From positions 269,091-333,090 of the forward strand of contig CAJINV010000003.1 in NCBI GenBank assembly GCA_905178155.1: DNA of 64,000 nt, written 5' to 3'. A program made the position numbers and the translations under genes. Each line of letters opens with the position of its first letter. Position 1 is the first letter of the stretch. The notes below the pieces were generated by a model that saw nothing but the letters and a program-made list of their open reading frames with translations, was not told the DNA's origin and did no database searches. The DNA comes from Amoebophrya sp. A120. Taxonomy: Eukaryota; Protista; Dinoflagellata. This document shows positions 61,750 to 64,000 of this stretch, in pieces.

Positions 61750-64000
61750 ATGGGGGCACTGCCTTCCAACTTCGACGATGTGAACGAGCCGCGCGTTCTC
61801 GCCGTGTCCGGGCACCGGATGGTGCAGCAGGTGGTAGACAGTACGTGCCAGGACGTGGATCAGATGCCGGGGTTGAACGACTGCGCGTGGGACGTCGACT
61901 GGCGCAAGTTGCTGTACCGGCTGAAGAGGCGGGATTTACTGGATGTGGCGCTTCACGCCCACGGCTTTCAGAACGACTTAACGTGGAACACGCTGCTCCA
62001 CCGGGCCGTGGCGGAACCCAAGCAGCCCGAGGCGGACTGGTTCATCGTGGGGGCGGGGAACGACAACGAGAAGCCCATCGACGAGGACGAGTTGCTCGCG
62101 GAGCTCCGCTATCCTGTGCAAAGGTATCGTACTCGTAGTCACTGCAGTCATGCATTACAAATCTTTTCCCTAAGGCAAATCCGCATTGCAAATTTGATTT
62201 CTCAATCTGAGGAAATTTGTAATGCATTTATACGAGTGCGATACTTCTGGTTCTGCAGTTCATATCCACGCCGAAACCGGGAATCCGGACTACCAGCTGG
62301 AAAAGGAACTGCGCCCCATCGCGAACAACAACGACCTGATTGCCTGGCTGGTGCGGTCCATTCTGTCGCACCGCGCCAACGTGAACATCATGAACCTGCG
62401 GGGCGACACGCCCGTGGTAACGGCGATCCGCAACGGCCACAACTGCGAGGTGGTGAAACTGCTTCTGGACTACAAGGCGCACGTGCAGTATCGCAAGCGC
62501 CCGCTCATCGAAACCGAGCCGGACGAGGAACTACCTCCCGAAGAGGAAGAAACCGATAACAACAAACCGCCGGACGACGCCGAGGACAAAGACCGGCGGA
62601 AGGTTCTAGACGACGAGCAGTACCTGTCGGCCCTGACGATCGCGGTGAAGTGCCGCCGGTCACCGGAAACGCTGCTGACGATTCTGATGCAAAAGAAGGT
62701 GGACTGCAACGTGGTGGATTGTGACGACATATCCTGTGCAAAAGTATCGTACTCGTATTGCAATCATGCATATACAAATCTTTAACTTTATCTTAAGGTA
62801 AATCCGCATTACAAATTTTATCTCTCATGCTGAGGACATCGACATTTGTAATGCTTTTATACGAGTACGATACTTTTGCAATGCATACGACATCAAGCAG
62901 AAATCGCTTCTGCACTACGCGGTCCGCCAGCGTGACATCGCCTTGACGGCAATTTTACCCTGTGCAAAAGTATCGTATTCGTATAAATGCAAGTCTTGCA
63001 TTACAAATATTTTTCTTAACGCAAATCAGCATGACAAATTTCATTTCTCATGCTGAGGAAATTTGTAATGCATTTATACGAGTGCGATACTTTTGCACTG
63101 CATAAATTTTGCTGCAGTCCAAGCGGACGGAACAGCTGGATTGCAACATCCCGGACTTCCTCGGGTGGACGCCGATCTACGAAGCCATCGACTTGAAGGA
63201 CGAGGCCATGGTGGAGCTGCTCGCGGACTCGCAGCTGCAGATCCGGCAATTCAACGATTTGGGGCCAAAACTGTGGAAAACCGTGAGCGGGTGGCCGACG
63301 GCAGTGCGGAAGCCCACGATCAAGGACCCGAAAACCGGACGGAAGGTGCTGCGCGACCCGACGTATGCATTGCAAAAGAATCGCACTCGTATAAATGCAT
63401 TAAAGATTATTTCCTCAGCATGAAAAAAATTTGTATATGCGGACATACTTCAAGTTTGTAATGCATGATTGCAATACGAGCGCGATACTTTTGCACAGGA
63501 TACGACGCGGGTTAGGGTCGACGTGCTGGACAAGCAGGGGGTTTCGCCGCTGTGCCACGCCATTTTGAAACGGTGGGTCGAGGGGGTCAAGTGCCTCTTG
63601 AAATTTTGGCCCTCGATCGCGTTCTCGACGGGGTTGCCGCTTCGCGTCGCGTGCCGGCTGACGGACGTGGTGACGCGGGGGGACAGGGCCCGCCTGGAGA
63701 TCGTGGACCATCTGCGGATGATTGGGTCCGAGCTATTCCCCTCCGTGGTCGAGCAGGGGCACATATGCATCGCAAATATGTAGTCTGGGTCTGGAAAGTT
63801 GGAACTTGTCATGCTAAAAAGTCTGGATCCGTTGCAAAAAATATATGTGTTGCGTGATTTTTCCCCAGAAAAGTTGTCAGCGTTTGACGGAGTAGTTGGA
63901 GGGAGTTTCTCATGTTCATGTAGGATATAGGCATGGTTGCACTAGAGATCTTACACAATCAATCTGTCACGCTAGAAGGTCCTGCATTCCAGAATCCAGA
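61750..64000 (+). CDS. Ankyrin-repeat protein interrupted by five introners (3' end beyond the window)
   Basis: Ankyrin motifs NTLLHRAV, GDTPVVTAI, SALTIAV, SLLHYAV, GWTPIYEAI and GVSPLCHAI. The frame is continuous after removing the four complete elements. Confidence 0.88.
62110..62264. mobile_element. Introner, family F3 (155 bp)
   Basis: Starts TATCCTGTGCAAAGGTATCG and ends GCAGTTCATA. Flanks TCCGC and TCCAC. Confidence 0.88.
62730..62887. mobile_element. Introner, family F3 (158 bp)
   Basis: Direct repeat CGACA at 62725-62729 and 62888-62892. TIR TGCAAAAGTATCGTACTCGTAT. Confidence 0.93.
62956..63104. mobile_element. Introner, family F3 (149 bp, TAC start)
   Basis: Direct repeat AATTT at 62951-62955 and 63105-63109. 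F3 TIRs. Confidence 0.92.
63364..63502. mobile_element. Introner, family F3 (139 bp), opposite orientation to the three preceding copies
   Basis: Direct repeat CGACG at 63359-63363 and 63503-63507. Starts TATGCATTG and ends CACAGGATA. Confidence 0.93.
63764..64000. mobile_element. Introner, F1-related, truncated by the window end
   Basis: Starts TATGCATCGCAAATATGTAGTCTGGGTCTGGAA. The window ends in TTCCAGAATCCAGA, the beginning of the right TIR. The predicted downstream repeat is GCACA. Confidence 0.8.

Overview
This is eukaryotic, intron-containing DNA. About 18 protein-coding genes are all on the + strand, and a GC-rich ~215-bp satellite sits at the left edge. Gene architecture strongly resembles the parasitic dinoflagellate Amoebophrya (Syndiniales); this is an inference, not a database result. 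Recognisable genes are V-ATPase subunit B, a chromate transporter, a BT1 folate/biopterin transporter, SpoU-type, spermidine-synthase-like and FkbM-like methyltransferases, a U-box protein, two ankyrin proteins and a CCCH zinc-finger membrane protein. The main signal is 19 MITE-like 'introner' elements (18 complete, 1 truncated; 133-322 bp; at least 7 TIR families) inserted inside coding exons, alongside ordinary GT-AG introns. Each complete element starts TAT (once TAC), ends ATA, has long terminal inverted repeats and is flanked by a 5-bp direct repeat (imperfect in 3 cases). None has GT-AG ends. Removing the element plus one repeat copy restores the frame in all 18 complete cases, including invariant motifs. 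The same families occur in both orientations, and unrelated families share a repeated internal motif, TTGTNATGC. A duplicated exon segment provides internal empty-site controls. A separate ~0.9-kb intergenic TIR element carries telomere-like repeats and a perfect 62-bp palindrome. All coordinates were read by hand.
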